DNA from: Gemmatimonadaceae bacterium
GTDB lineage: Bacteria > Gemmatimonadota > Gemmatimonadetes > Gemmatimonadales > Gemmatimonadaceae
Assembly: GCA_036565685.1 (NCBI GenBank)
Contig: DATCXR010000040.1
Location: forward strand, 1 to 57,147
Direction: 5' to 3'
DNA: 57,147 nt
Shown here: positions 18,214-26,149 of the stretch, piece after piece
How the letters are laid out: every line of letters starts with the position of its first letter
Numbering within the stretch: position 1 is the stretch's first letter
The notes under the pieces: generated by a model
Seen by the model: only the letters and a program-made list of their open reading frames with translations
Database searches by the model: none
Told to the model about the DNA's origin: nothing
Program-made: the position numbers and the translations under genes

Positions 18214-20595
18214 ATGAGCGCTACCGGCGACGAGCTGCTGCACGGCTGGGATCCCACTCCGGGAATCGTTTCCATCCACGCCACGCAGGACGGCCGCGCA
18301 ACGGTATGGCGCCGGATCCCCGGCACGGGCCAGCTCGTTCGCGAGAGCGATCGCTTCCGTCCGTGGCTGGTCCTCGAGCATATCGTGGACCTGCATCACC
18401 TCGGCGACCGGCTGGTGCGCGACGCCGACGAGATCTTAACGACCGTCACCGTCCGTCGGCGCGGCACCGTCCAGCACCGCGAGCTCGAGGGCCCGGGCGC
18501 ACTCCGCCACCTGGTGAGCGCCGACGACGGACGCGCTCTCGCCGACGCAGTCATTCGCGGCGCGAGCGAGCGGCTCGGCGTGCGGATCGAGCACCTCGGC
18601 GAGCTGCCGCGCGAGAGCATCCTCTCGCTCCCGCCCGAGGAACAGTATCTCGTCGCGACCGGTCGCACCTACTTTCGCGACCTCCCCTTCGACGAGCTGC
18701 ATCGTCTCCAGTTCGATCTCGAAACCACCGGGCTCGACGCGCGCCGCGATCGCATCTTCATGATCTCCATCCGCTACCACGGCGGCGGCACCGAGGTGCT
18801 CGAGGCGACAGGCGATGGTGACGCCGCGGAGGCGGATCTCATCCGCCGGCTCGTGGAGCGCGTGCGTGCGGCGGACCCCGACGTGATCGAGAACCACAAC
18901 CTTCACGGCTTCGATCTCCCCTTCCTCGATCAGCGCGCCCGCCTCCTCGGTGTGCCGCTTACCCTCGGCCGCCTGAATGGAACGAGGCTCGGCGTGCGCG
19001 CGGCACGCCGAGGCGTTCGCGCGCCCGCTGTCTCCGGCGACGTGGAGGACGACCGCCGCCTGCGCTTCGTGGCGCCGGGGCGCGAGCTGATCGACACCCT
19101 CGATGCCGTACGCCGCTACGACTTCTCCACACGCGATCTGCCTGGGCATGGACTCAAGGCCGTCGCGCGACACCTGGGAATCGCCGCGCCCGACCGCGTT
19201 TACATCCCGGGTCATCTGATCCACACCACCTGGCGCACCGACCCTGAGCGCGTGCGCCGCTACGCCACCGACGACGTGGAGGAGGTAGCGGCGCTCTCGC
19301 GCATGCTTGGCGGTGCTTCGTACGCGCTCGCGCAGATGGTTCCGCGGCGCTACGAGCGGCTCGCCGACACCGGCGCGGCGACGGGAGTGATCGACCCACT
19401 CCTGGTGCGCGCGTACCTGCGCTCCGGAATGGCACTCCCCGCGCACCAGGCGAGTGACGGCACCCCGCACAACGGCGCAGCGCTGCACCTCTTCGCGTCC
19501 GGAGTGGCGCAGCGCGTCGTCAAAGCCGACGTGGCCAGCCTGTACCCGTCGCTCATGCGCTCGTATCGCATAGGCCCGTCGCGCGACCGGCTCGGCGCGC
19601 TCCTCGCGCTGGTGGACGCGCTGGTAGAGCGCCGCCTCGATGCCAAAGCGCACGCGCGCGCGGCTCCCCCGGGGTCGGCCGAGCGCCATACGTACGAGGG
19701 AGTGTCGGCCGCGCTCAAGATCGTGGTGAATTCGGCTTACGGGTATCTGGCAGCGGGTGGCTTGACGCGCTTTGCCGACGTGCATGCAGCCAACGAGGTG
19801 ACCCGCCGCGGACGCGAGGTCCTCGCGCTCATGTGTCGCGAGCTGGCGGCACGAGGAGTGACGCTCCTCGAAGCCGATACCGACGGCGTCTACTTCGCAG
19901 TCCCCGAGACATGGAGCGAAGCGGACGAGCGGCGCGTCGTGGCCGAGGTGGATGCGCTGCTTCCGGAGCTGGTACGGCTGGAGCTCGACGGACGCTACGC
20001 CGCGATGCTCTCGCACGAGCCGAAGAACTACGCGCTGCTCGGCTACGATGGCACGTTGCTGCTGCGCGGTGTGGCGTTCAGGTCGAGTCGCTCGGAGCCT
20101 TTCGGCGAGAGCTTCCTCCGCGATGCGATCGAGCGGCTGCTCGTGGGCGACATTCCGGGCGTCCGGGAGGCCTACCTGGCTACGATCGCGAAGCTTCGTT
20201 CGCGCTCGGTCTCGACGTACGACGTATCGCAGCGCGTGCGACTGAGCAAGTCACCCGCCGAGTATCTCGCCGCGCGCGGCCGGCGGCGCGAGTTGCCTTA
20301 CGAGGCGCTGCTGGCGGCCGGACGAGATCGATGGGACGTCGGAGATCGCCTGCGCGTCTACCGGAAGCAGAACGGCGAGGGCGGCCTGGTGGATGACGAC
20401 GAGGATCGACGCGACTACGATGTGGAGTACTACGTGCGCCTCCTTCGCGCGAGCTACGCGCAGCGCCTGGCGCGCGCATTCACGCCCGCCGACTTCGAGG
20501 CGGTGTTCGCCGATCCTGATCAGCTCTCGATCTTCGCTCCGCCGGTCGAGTCCATCGGGAGCATCCTCACCATGCTCCGCGATGGCGCGGAGTGA
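18214..20595 (+). CDS. polB: family B DNA polymerase (Pol II type) with intact 3-5 exonuclease motifs
   Basis: ExoI LQFDLETTGLD, ExoII ENHNLHGFDLPFL, ExoIII RYATDDVEEV. Pol motif A KADVASLYPSLM, motif B KIVVNSAYGYL, motif C LEADTDGVYF. I prefer ATG 18214 (MSATGDELLHGW) over the track start 18127. Confidence 0.9.
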   Translation: MSATGDELLHGWDPTPGIVSIHATQDGRATVWRRIPGTGQLVRESDRFRPWLVLEHIVDLHHLGDRLVRDADEILTTVTVRRRGTVQHRELEGPGALRHLVSADDGRALADAVIRGASERLGVRIEHLGELPRESILSLPPEEQYLVATGRTYFRDLPFDELHRLQFDLETTGLDARRDRIFMISIRYHGGGTEVLEATGDGDAAEADLIRRLVERVRAADPDVIENHNLHGFDLPFLDQRARLLGVPLTLGRLNGTRLGVRAARRGVRAPAVSGDVEDDRRLRFVAPGRELIDTLDAVRRYDFSTRDLPGHGLKAVARHLGIAAPDRVYIPGHLIHTTWRTDPERVRRYATDDVEEVAALSRMLGGASYALAQMVPRRYERLADTGAATGVIDPLLVRAYLRSGMALPAHQASDGTPHNGAALHLFASGVAQRVVKADVASLYPSLMRSYRIGPSRDRLGALLALVDALVERRLDAKAHARAAPPGSAERHTYEGVSAALKIVVNSAYGYLAAGGLTRFADVHAANEVTRRGREVLALMCRELAARGVTLLEADTDGVYFAVPETWSEADERRVVAEVDALLPELVRLELDGRYAAMLSHEPKNYALLGYDGTLLLRGVAFRSSRSEPFGESFLRDAIERLLVGDIPGVREAYLATIAKLRSRSVSTYDVSQRVRLSKSPAEYLAARGRRRELPYEALLAAGRDRWDVGDRLRVYRKQNGEGGLVDDDEDRRDYDVEYYVRLLRASYAQRLARAFTPADFEAVFADPDQLSIFAPPVESIGSILTMLRDGAE

Positions 20596-20634
20596 GGCGC
20601 AGCCACTGCCGCCTCCCTCGCCGACCCGCGCTGC

Positions 20635-21618
20635 TCACTCCCAGACCTTCAGTACGATCTTCCCGATGTGCTCTCCCGACTCCATTCGCCGGTGCGCGTC
20701 GGCAGCGCGCTCGAGCGGGTAAACCGAGTCGATCACGGGCCAGCAGCGCCCCGCGGTGAGTACCGGCCACACTCTCTCGCGGAGTGCTCGAGCGATGGCG
20801 GACTTCTCCGCGCTGGTGCGCGGACGCAGAAGCGATCCCGTGACCATCGCGCGCTTAGCGACGATGGCATTGAGCTCGGCTTCCTTCACTCTCGCGCCGC
20901 CGAGGAAAGCTATGATCACCAGCCGGCCGTCCATCGCGAGCGCCGCAACGTTGCGCGTGAAATACGAGGCACCGATGATGTCCAGGATTACGTCCACGCC
21001 GCGCCCGTCCGTCTTCTCGCGCACGACCTCCACGAAATCCTGCTCGCGATAGTTTATCGCTTCGCCGCCCAGCGCCCGGATCGCCGCGCACTTCGCCTCG
21101 CTTCCGGCGGTTGCGAGCGCTTCGACCCCGAATTCCCGACTGAGCATGAGCGCCGTGGTGCCTATACCGCTCGTGCCGCCGTGGATGAGCACCGTGTCGC
21201 CACGCGCGGCGCCACCCATCACGAAGAGGTTCGCCCAGACGGTGAAAAAGGTCTCGGGGATCGCCGCGGCGTGAACAGCGTCCATGCCGGCTGGCACGTG
21301 CAGCGTCTGGCCCGCCGGTACGGCGCAATACTCGGCGTAGCCGCCGCCGTTGGTGAGCGCACACACCTTGTCGCCGACAACGAAAGCGTCCACTCCGTCG
21401 CCCAGCTCGGCTACTTCGCCGGCGACCTCGAGGCCGATGATCGGACTCGCGCCCGGCGGCGGAGGGTAGCGCCCCATCCGCTGGAACAGGTCTGGTCGGT
21501 TGACACCGGCAGCTTCGACGCGGATGACGACTTCTCCCGGCGCCGCCTTCGGCCTCGGCGCTTCGCGCGGCTCGAGGACCTCGGGGCCGCCAGGGCCGCC
21601 AGTCCGAATCTCGATCAA
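20635..21618 (-). CDS. qor: NAD(P)H:quinone oxidoreductase (zeta-crystallin/PIG3 MDR family)
   Basis: 327 aa: ...PGEVVIRVEAAGVNRPDLFQRMGRYPPPPGASPIIGLEVAGEV... and nucleotide-binding IHGGTSGIGTTA. Confidence 0.9.
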   Translation of the reverse strand: MIEIRTGGPGGPEVLEPREAPRPKAAPGEVVIRVEAAGVNRPDLFQRMGRYPPPPGASPIIGLEVAGEVAELGDGVDAFVVGDKVCALTNGGGYAEYCAVPAGQTLHVPAGMDAVHAAAIPETFFTVWANLFVMGGAARGDTVLIHGGTSGIGTTALMLSREFGVEALATAGSEAKCAAIRALGGEAINYREQDFVEVVREKTDGRGVDVILDIIGASYFTRNVAALAMDGRLVIIAFLGGARVKEAELNAIVAKRAMVTGSLLRPRTSAEKSAIARALRERVWPVLTAGRCWPVIDSVYPLERAADAHRRMESGEHIGKIVLKVWE

Positions 21619-21649
21619 CGGAAGATGCGTCCGCGCGGCTGCCGCGCGT

Positions 21650-21979
21650 CTACCGCGCCTTGCGGCCGAGCACGTCGAAGATTCGGCCGAACCCCTGTCG
21701 CTCGGTCTGCCGCAGGAGCTCGAGCTCGCCGGCGTCGAGCCACGTACCGTGACCCTCTGGACAGACGTCGACCTTCACGTGCTCGATGTCCCGTTCCCCG
21801 AGCTGAGCGCCGCACTTGGGACAGCGCATGTACCACTGCGTGCGCTCGGCATCGCGCTGCTTGCGCTCGAGCTCTTCGCGCTCGGCGTCCAGCTTCTCGC
21901 GTTGCGCCTTTATCAACTCTGCATCGAGCTTTCGGAAATAGTCTTCCTCGTTCCGGCTTGGCTTCTCGTCGATCGGCAT
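21650..21979 (-). CDS. TFIIB-type zinc-ribbon protein (zf-TFIIB/PF13453-like)
   Basis: 109 aa. N-terminal coiled coil, then CPKCGAQL...VDVCPEGHGTWLDAGELELL. Confidence 0.75.
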   Translation of the reverse strand: MPIDEKPSRNEEDYFRKLDAELIKAQREKLDAEREELERKQRDAERTQWYMRCPKCGAQLGERDIEHVKVDVCPEGHGTWLDAGELELLRQTERQGFGRIFDVLGRKAR

Positions 21980-22133
21980 GAAAACCTCACGGGTCGGCGG
22001 AGCATGTCACGGCGGACGGAGACCGCGCGTGCGGTTGCGCAACATAAGCGACCGCACCCGAAACGGCTATGAGTGCGGCTGGCGCCGAGCGAGCAGGACG
22101 GCCTCCCGGATTCACGAGCGATCCGTGTGACGA

Positions 22134-22691
22134 TCAGCCAAGCTTCACGACCCAGTGCACGTGGGCGGCGTCGGGGTCGAGCACGGCGAGCTCACCGGCA
22201 GCTATGCCAGCCTGCACGGCGGCCTCCGAGTTGAACGTCGCCGCGGCGTCGGGACCGGGATAGTTCGGGCCCGGCCCAACCAGAATCAGCCGGAAATGCG
22301 CGTCGTAGTTCGGATCGCCCGGTGCGGCACCGAACACGTGGTTGTGCACGAGCGTCGTCGGCTCTCCGGTGGTCGAGCAGGTGGATTCCTGGTCTGCACC
22401 GGGAATCAGCAGCACGTACACGTTCGCCCGGATCGGTACGGCGTCCGGTACACGCGGCCCCACACGGAAGCAGTCGGCTACGACCTGATTGTTCGGGTTG
22501 GCACTCGCGGCTGAAGGAAGGAGGAAGTGCACGAGCATCCCGTTATAGAACGCGGGCTCGATGTAAGGATTCTGCACTGGCGCGCGGTCGCGCCCGAGCT
22601 CAGCGATGCGAGCTGGTCCTGTAACGATGCTGTCGCCCGAGCAGGCAGCGAGCGTCGCGAGGATGACGAGAAGCGAGAATGTTCGGCGCAT
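22134..22691 (-). CDS. hypothetical lipoprotein
   Basis: Track ORF 22134..22790. ATG 22691 gives the lipobox signal MRRTFSLLVILATLAACSG. No family recognised. Confidence 0.6.
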   Translation of the reverse strand: MRRTFSLLVILATLAACSGDSIVTGPARIAELGRDRAPVQNPYIEPAFYNGMLVHFLLPSAASANPNNQVVADCFRVGPRVPDAVPIRANVYVLLIPGADQESTCSTTGEPTTLVHNHVFGAAPGDPNYDAHFRLILVGPGPNYPGPDAAATFNSEAAVQAGIAAGELAVLDPDAAHVHWVVKLG

Positions 22692-22975
22692 GCGATACCT
22701 CCGATCCGAAAGGCGCGATCCGGCGCGAGCCGAGCTCTGGCCGCCCGTGCCCCGCCGCGTGACCATTGCGACCATCGCGAGTCGCCGCACTAGCCGCGCC
22801 CTTACCAGTGCGCCGCGTCAGGCAACTGTCGTCTCATAGGTCGTGCGCAGTTCTCGATCGGTCTTGACGGGGCGCGAAATCGGAACATCGTACCACATCG
22901 TACGAGCGTCTCTTTATCCGCTCGGCGCGAATCGCCGGGTGGCAGTCTCCGCTGGGTAGCGAAAGGAGGCCGCCC

Positions 22976-23938
22976 ATGTCTCCCGCTTCTGGTCTTCCGA
23001 TCACGGTCGAAGCCGCGCCGAGCGGTGCGCGACCGAATTTCATCTCGGTGCTCCTCGCGCTCGGACTCGCCGGCGTCGGGGTCCTGAGTCTGCTGGGTGC
23101 GAACAGCATCGTCGGCCTGTGCGTCGGCGCGGCCCTCGGCATCTTCGCCGGCATGGCGCCCCAGGTCGCAAAGCAGTGGGAGCGCGCGGTGGTGCTCAGG
23201 CTGGGACACTACCAGGGGCTGCGAGGTCCCGGCCTCTTCTGGCGCATACCGTTCGTCGACCACATCTCGGCGTGGGTGGACCAGCGCGTGATCACCACCG
23301 GGTTCGCCGCCGAGGAGACGCTGACCTCCGACACCGTACCTGTCAACGTGGACGCCGTGCTCTTCTGGATGGTGCACGATCCGGAGAAGGCGGCACTCGA
23401 AGTTCAGAACTTCCCGCAGGCGGTGAGCTGGGCGTCGCAGACCGCGCTGCGCGACATCATCGGCCGCACGTCGCTCTCCGATCTGCTTCGCGGCCGCGAG
23501 CGGATCGAGACGGAGCTCCAGGATCTGATCGATCAGCGCTGCATGCCGTGGGGAATCGCGGTGGAGTCGGTCGAGATGCGCGACGTGGTGATTCCGACGA
23601 GTCTCCAGGATGCCATGTCGCGAGAAGCGCAGGCTGCGCGCGAGAAGCGGGCGCGCATCATACTCGGCGAAGCCGAGGTGGAGATTGCCGCGCTCTTCGA
23701 GCAGGCTTCACGCGCGTATGCGGACAACCCTACCGCGCTCCACCTGAGAGCGATGAACATTCTCTACGAGGGTCTCAAGGAGAAGGGCGCGCTGATGCTG
23801 GTGCCGAGCACCGCCGTCGACTCGATGGGACTCGGCGGACTGTTGGGCGCGGCCGGGCTGGGTCAGCAGGCGGCTGCAGGTCACATGGGAGCCGCGGCCG
23901 GCGCAGCGAAGCGTACACTGGGAGCGGACGAGGGGTGA
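22976..23938 (+). CDS. SPFH/band-7 (stomatin-like) membrane protein
   Basis: 320 aa. AGGAGG Shine-Dalgarno 6 nt upstream. ...WERAVVLRLGHYQGLRGPGLFWRIPFVDHI...DAVLFWMVHDPEKAALEVQNF...ALRDIIGRTSLSDLL.... Confidence 0.9.
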   Translation: MSPASGLPITVEAAPSGARPNFISVLLALGLAGVGVLSLLGANSIVGLCVGAALGIFAGMAPQVAKQWERAVVLRLGHYQGLRGPGLFWRIPFVDHISAWVDQRVITTGFAAEETLTSDTVPVNVDAVLFWMVHDPEKAALEVQNFPQAVSWASQTALRDIIGRTSLSDLLRGRERIETELQDLIDQRCMPWGIAVESVEMRDVVIPTSLQDAMSREAQAAREKRARIILGEAEVEIAALFEQASRAYADNPTALHLRAMNILYEGLKEKGALMLVPSTAVDSMGLGGLLGAAGLGQQAAAGHMGAAAGAAKRTLGADEG

Positions 23939-24070
23939 GCGAAGCGGCGCACGCCCGACGACGGTCGACTAACGCGTGGCTGGCTCCGGGATCGCGTAGC
24001 CGGCGGATCCGGGCCGCGGAACTTCGGCGAGCACGCGCTCGTTGTGCGGTAGCCACGACGTAGTCGCGAA

Positions 24071-25120
24071 GTGAGGGATGCAATGCTGAAGCTGGTTTCT
24101 GACTCGGGCGCGCTGCCCGAGGCGCCAACTGCTGGAACGCCGGTCGATGACGCGCCGCTCTTCGACGCGTACTCGCAGGCGGTAGTGGGTGCCGTGGAGC
24201 GCATCGGCCCAGCCGTGCTGCACCTGGAAGTGGCATTGGCGTCCCCTCGGCGCGGCGGCCGGCGCGGCGTGCCGGGTGGCGGGAGCGGTTCGGGCCTGAT
24301 ATTCACGCCCGATGGTTACGCGCTCACCAACAGTCACGTAGTGCAGGGCGCGTCATCGGTGCGAGCGAGGCTGCCTGACGGCACCGTGCACGCGGCGGAG
24401 GTCGTCGGAACCGACCCGGACACCGACCTCGCGGTGCTGCGTCTCGGTGCAGCCGGGCTGCCCATCGCGGAGCTCGGCGACTCGACCACGCTACGGCCCG
24501 GGCAGCTGGTGATAGCGATCGGGAATCCGCTCGGCTTCCAGGCTACGGTCACCACCGGCGTGGTGAGCGCGCTCGGCAGGAGCATGCGCTCCCAGTCAGG
24601 GCGGCTCATCGAAGGCGTGATCCAGACGGATGCGGCGCTCAATCCGGGGAGCTCGGGCGGGCCGCTCGTGGATTCCCGCGGCCGAGTGATCGGCATCAAT
24701 ACCGCCGTGATAGCTGGTGCGCAGGGCATCTGCTTCGCCGTGCCCACGAACACCGCGCACTTCGTCATCCCGCGTCTCATCCGCGAGGGACGCGTGCGCC
24801 GGAGCTGGATCGGCATCGCGGGGCAGTCGATCCGGCTCTCGCGCCGGCGCGTGCAGCTCAGCCACCTGGATGCCGAAGGCGCGGTGCTGATCACTGAGGT
24901 CACGCCCGGAGGTCCCGCCGATCGAGGCGGGTTCCGGGCGCGCGACATCGTCGTGCGGATCGCCGACGCGACGGTCGTGGGCGTCGACGATCTTCAGCGC
25001 GTGCTGACGGACGAGCTGATCGGCCGCAGCACTGAAGTGCTCGTGCTCCGCGACGGGGTGCAGAAGTCTCTTACGGTCGTCCCGGCCGAGAGGCCACAGC
25101 CCGGCGCGGCACGTCGATAG
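24071..25120 (+). CDS. S1C (HtrA/DegP-like) trypsin-fold serine protease with C-terminal PDZ domain
   Basis: 349 aa. Catalytic triad contexts TNSHVV, TDLAVLRL, NPGSSGGPLVD. PDZ-like ...GAVLITEVTPGGPADRGGFRARDIVVRI.... Confidence 0.9.
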   Translation: MRDAMLKLVSDSGALPEAPTAGTPVDDAPLFDAYSQAVVGAVERIGPAVLHLEVALASPRRGGRRGVPGGGSGSGLIFTPDGYALTNSHVVQGASSVRARLPDGTVHAAEVVGTDPDTDLAVLRLGAAGLPIAELGDSTTLRPGQLVIAIGNPLGFQATVTTGVVSALGRSMRSQSGRLIEGVIQTDAALNPGSSGGPLVDSRGRVIGINTAVIAGAQGICFAVPTNTAHFVIPRLIREGRVRRSWIGIAGQSIRLSRRRVQLSHLDAEGAVLITEVTPGGPADRGGFRARDIVVRIADATVVGVDDLQRVLTDELIGRSTEVLVLRDGVQKSLTVVPAERPQPGAARR

Positions 25121-25135
25121 GGTGCACGAGGCACC

Positions 25136-25588
25136 CTATCGTCGCGCGTTGTTCGACGGGCGCTCGGTGCGCAGATAGCGGCCTCCGGCGTCGCCGTAGA
25201 CCCGTACGCTCACGACCACCCCAGCCCGTTGGGAGTCGATGACGCGCGCGTGCACCTCATCCCCCCGACTGGGGCGATAGAGCACCCAGCTGCCAGCGGG
25301 TGCGTTGGCCATCGCCGCGCTGCAGCTCACCGGTCGCGGCTGGCGCCCGGGCGGTCTTCCGGGGAACCACACGCGACACTTCCCCGGTGGCGGTAGATGG
25401 CCGCGCGGGATGCCGAGCGGTTTACCCCGTGCTTCACCATTACCGCGGCTGTCGACCCGTTGGTCCCCACGCACGACCGGCGCAGGCGGCGAGCCGGCTC
25501 TGATGGTGGAGGAACACGCCGTCGCGGCCCACGTCAGAGCAGCCAGTGCTACCAGGCGCGCGGCGCCCATGGAAGCGGTATGACGCAT
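25136..25588 (-). CDS. hypothetical lipoprotein (Pro/Arg-rich, GHLPPPGKCRVW motif)
   Basis: Only the last 150 codons of the 435-aa track ORF look real. ATG 25588 gives MRHTASMGAARLVALAALTWAATACSS (lipobox). The upstream extension overlaps the padR gene on the opposite strand. Confidence 0.6.
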   Translation of the reverse strand: MRHTASMGAARLVALAALTWAATACSSTIRAGSPPAPVVRGDQRVDSRGNGEARGKPLGIPRGHLPPPGKCRVWFPGRPPGRQPRPVSCSAAMANAPAGSWVLYRPSRGDEVHARVIDSQRAGVVVSVRVYGDAGGRYLRTERPSNNARR

Positions 25589-25795
25589 CGTTCTGAGCTC
25601 CGGAAAAGGGTTGCCCGCTGATGCGGCAAGTACGTACGAGCGCGCCAGCGTGCACCAGTAAGACGATCCACCCCCGCCCCCGGTCAACCCGTCGGGCCCA
25701 CAGCGGCCGACCAGGAGCATTGATCTTGACAGCAGCCCGGCGCCAGGCAATCTTCTCCCAGTAACAGTTCCGGGGAACATTTCCGGGGAGATGAC

Positions 25796-26149
25796 ATGGC
25801 GCAATCGCAGGAGCTCGATCTCCTCCAGGGAACGCTCGACGTTCTGGTCCTGCGCTCCCTCATCTGGGGCCCGCGGCACGGCTACGCCGTCGCGCGCTGG
25901 ATCAAGACCGCCTCCGCGGGCACGCTCGGCGTGGAGGACCGCGCGCTCTACGTCGCCCTGCACCGTCTCGAGGACCGCGGCTGGGTGACCAGCGAGTGGG
26001 GACTCTCGGAGAACAACCGCAAGGCGAAGTTCTACCGGCTCACTTCTGCCGGACGAGGACAGCTCCGGGCGGAGTCGGCTCGCTGGTCGCGCTACGCGGC
26101 CGCGATCGCCAGGGTGCTCGCGGCCTCGGAGGAGGGAGCACCGGCATGA
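25796..26149 (+). CDS. PadR-family transcriptional regulator
   Basis: 117 aa: ...LQGTLDVLVLRSLIWGPRHGYAVARWIKTAS...ALYVALHRLEDRGWVTSEWGLSENNRKAKFYRLT.... Confidence 0.9.
   Translation: MAQSQELDLLQGTLDVLVLRSLIWGPRHGYAVARWIKTASAGTLGVEDRALYVALHRLEDRGWVTSEWGLSENNRKAKFYRLTSAGRGQLRAESARWSRYAAAIARVLAASEEGAPA

Noticed and set aside
18436-20016. 526-aa minus-strand ORF
   Set aside because: It is antisense to the family B polymerase gene, which carries all Exo and Pol motifs. It is a shadow ORF.
20668-21981. 437-aa plus-strand ORF
   Set aside because: It is antisense to the qor-like and zinc-ribbon genes. Its composition is Arg-rich low complexity.
25726-25789. Possible padR promoter (TTGACA-17-AATCTT) and direct repeat GTTCCGGGGA / TTTCCGGGGA before the padR ATG
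   Set aside because: The -10 is weak. The second repeat coincides with a GGGGAG Shine-Dalgarno-like sequence, so the repeat may be coincidental. This is not enough support to list as a feature.
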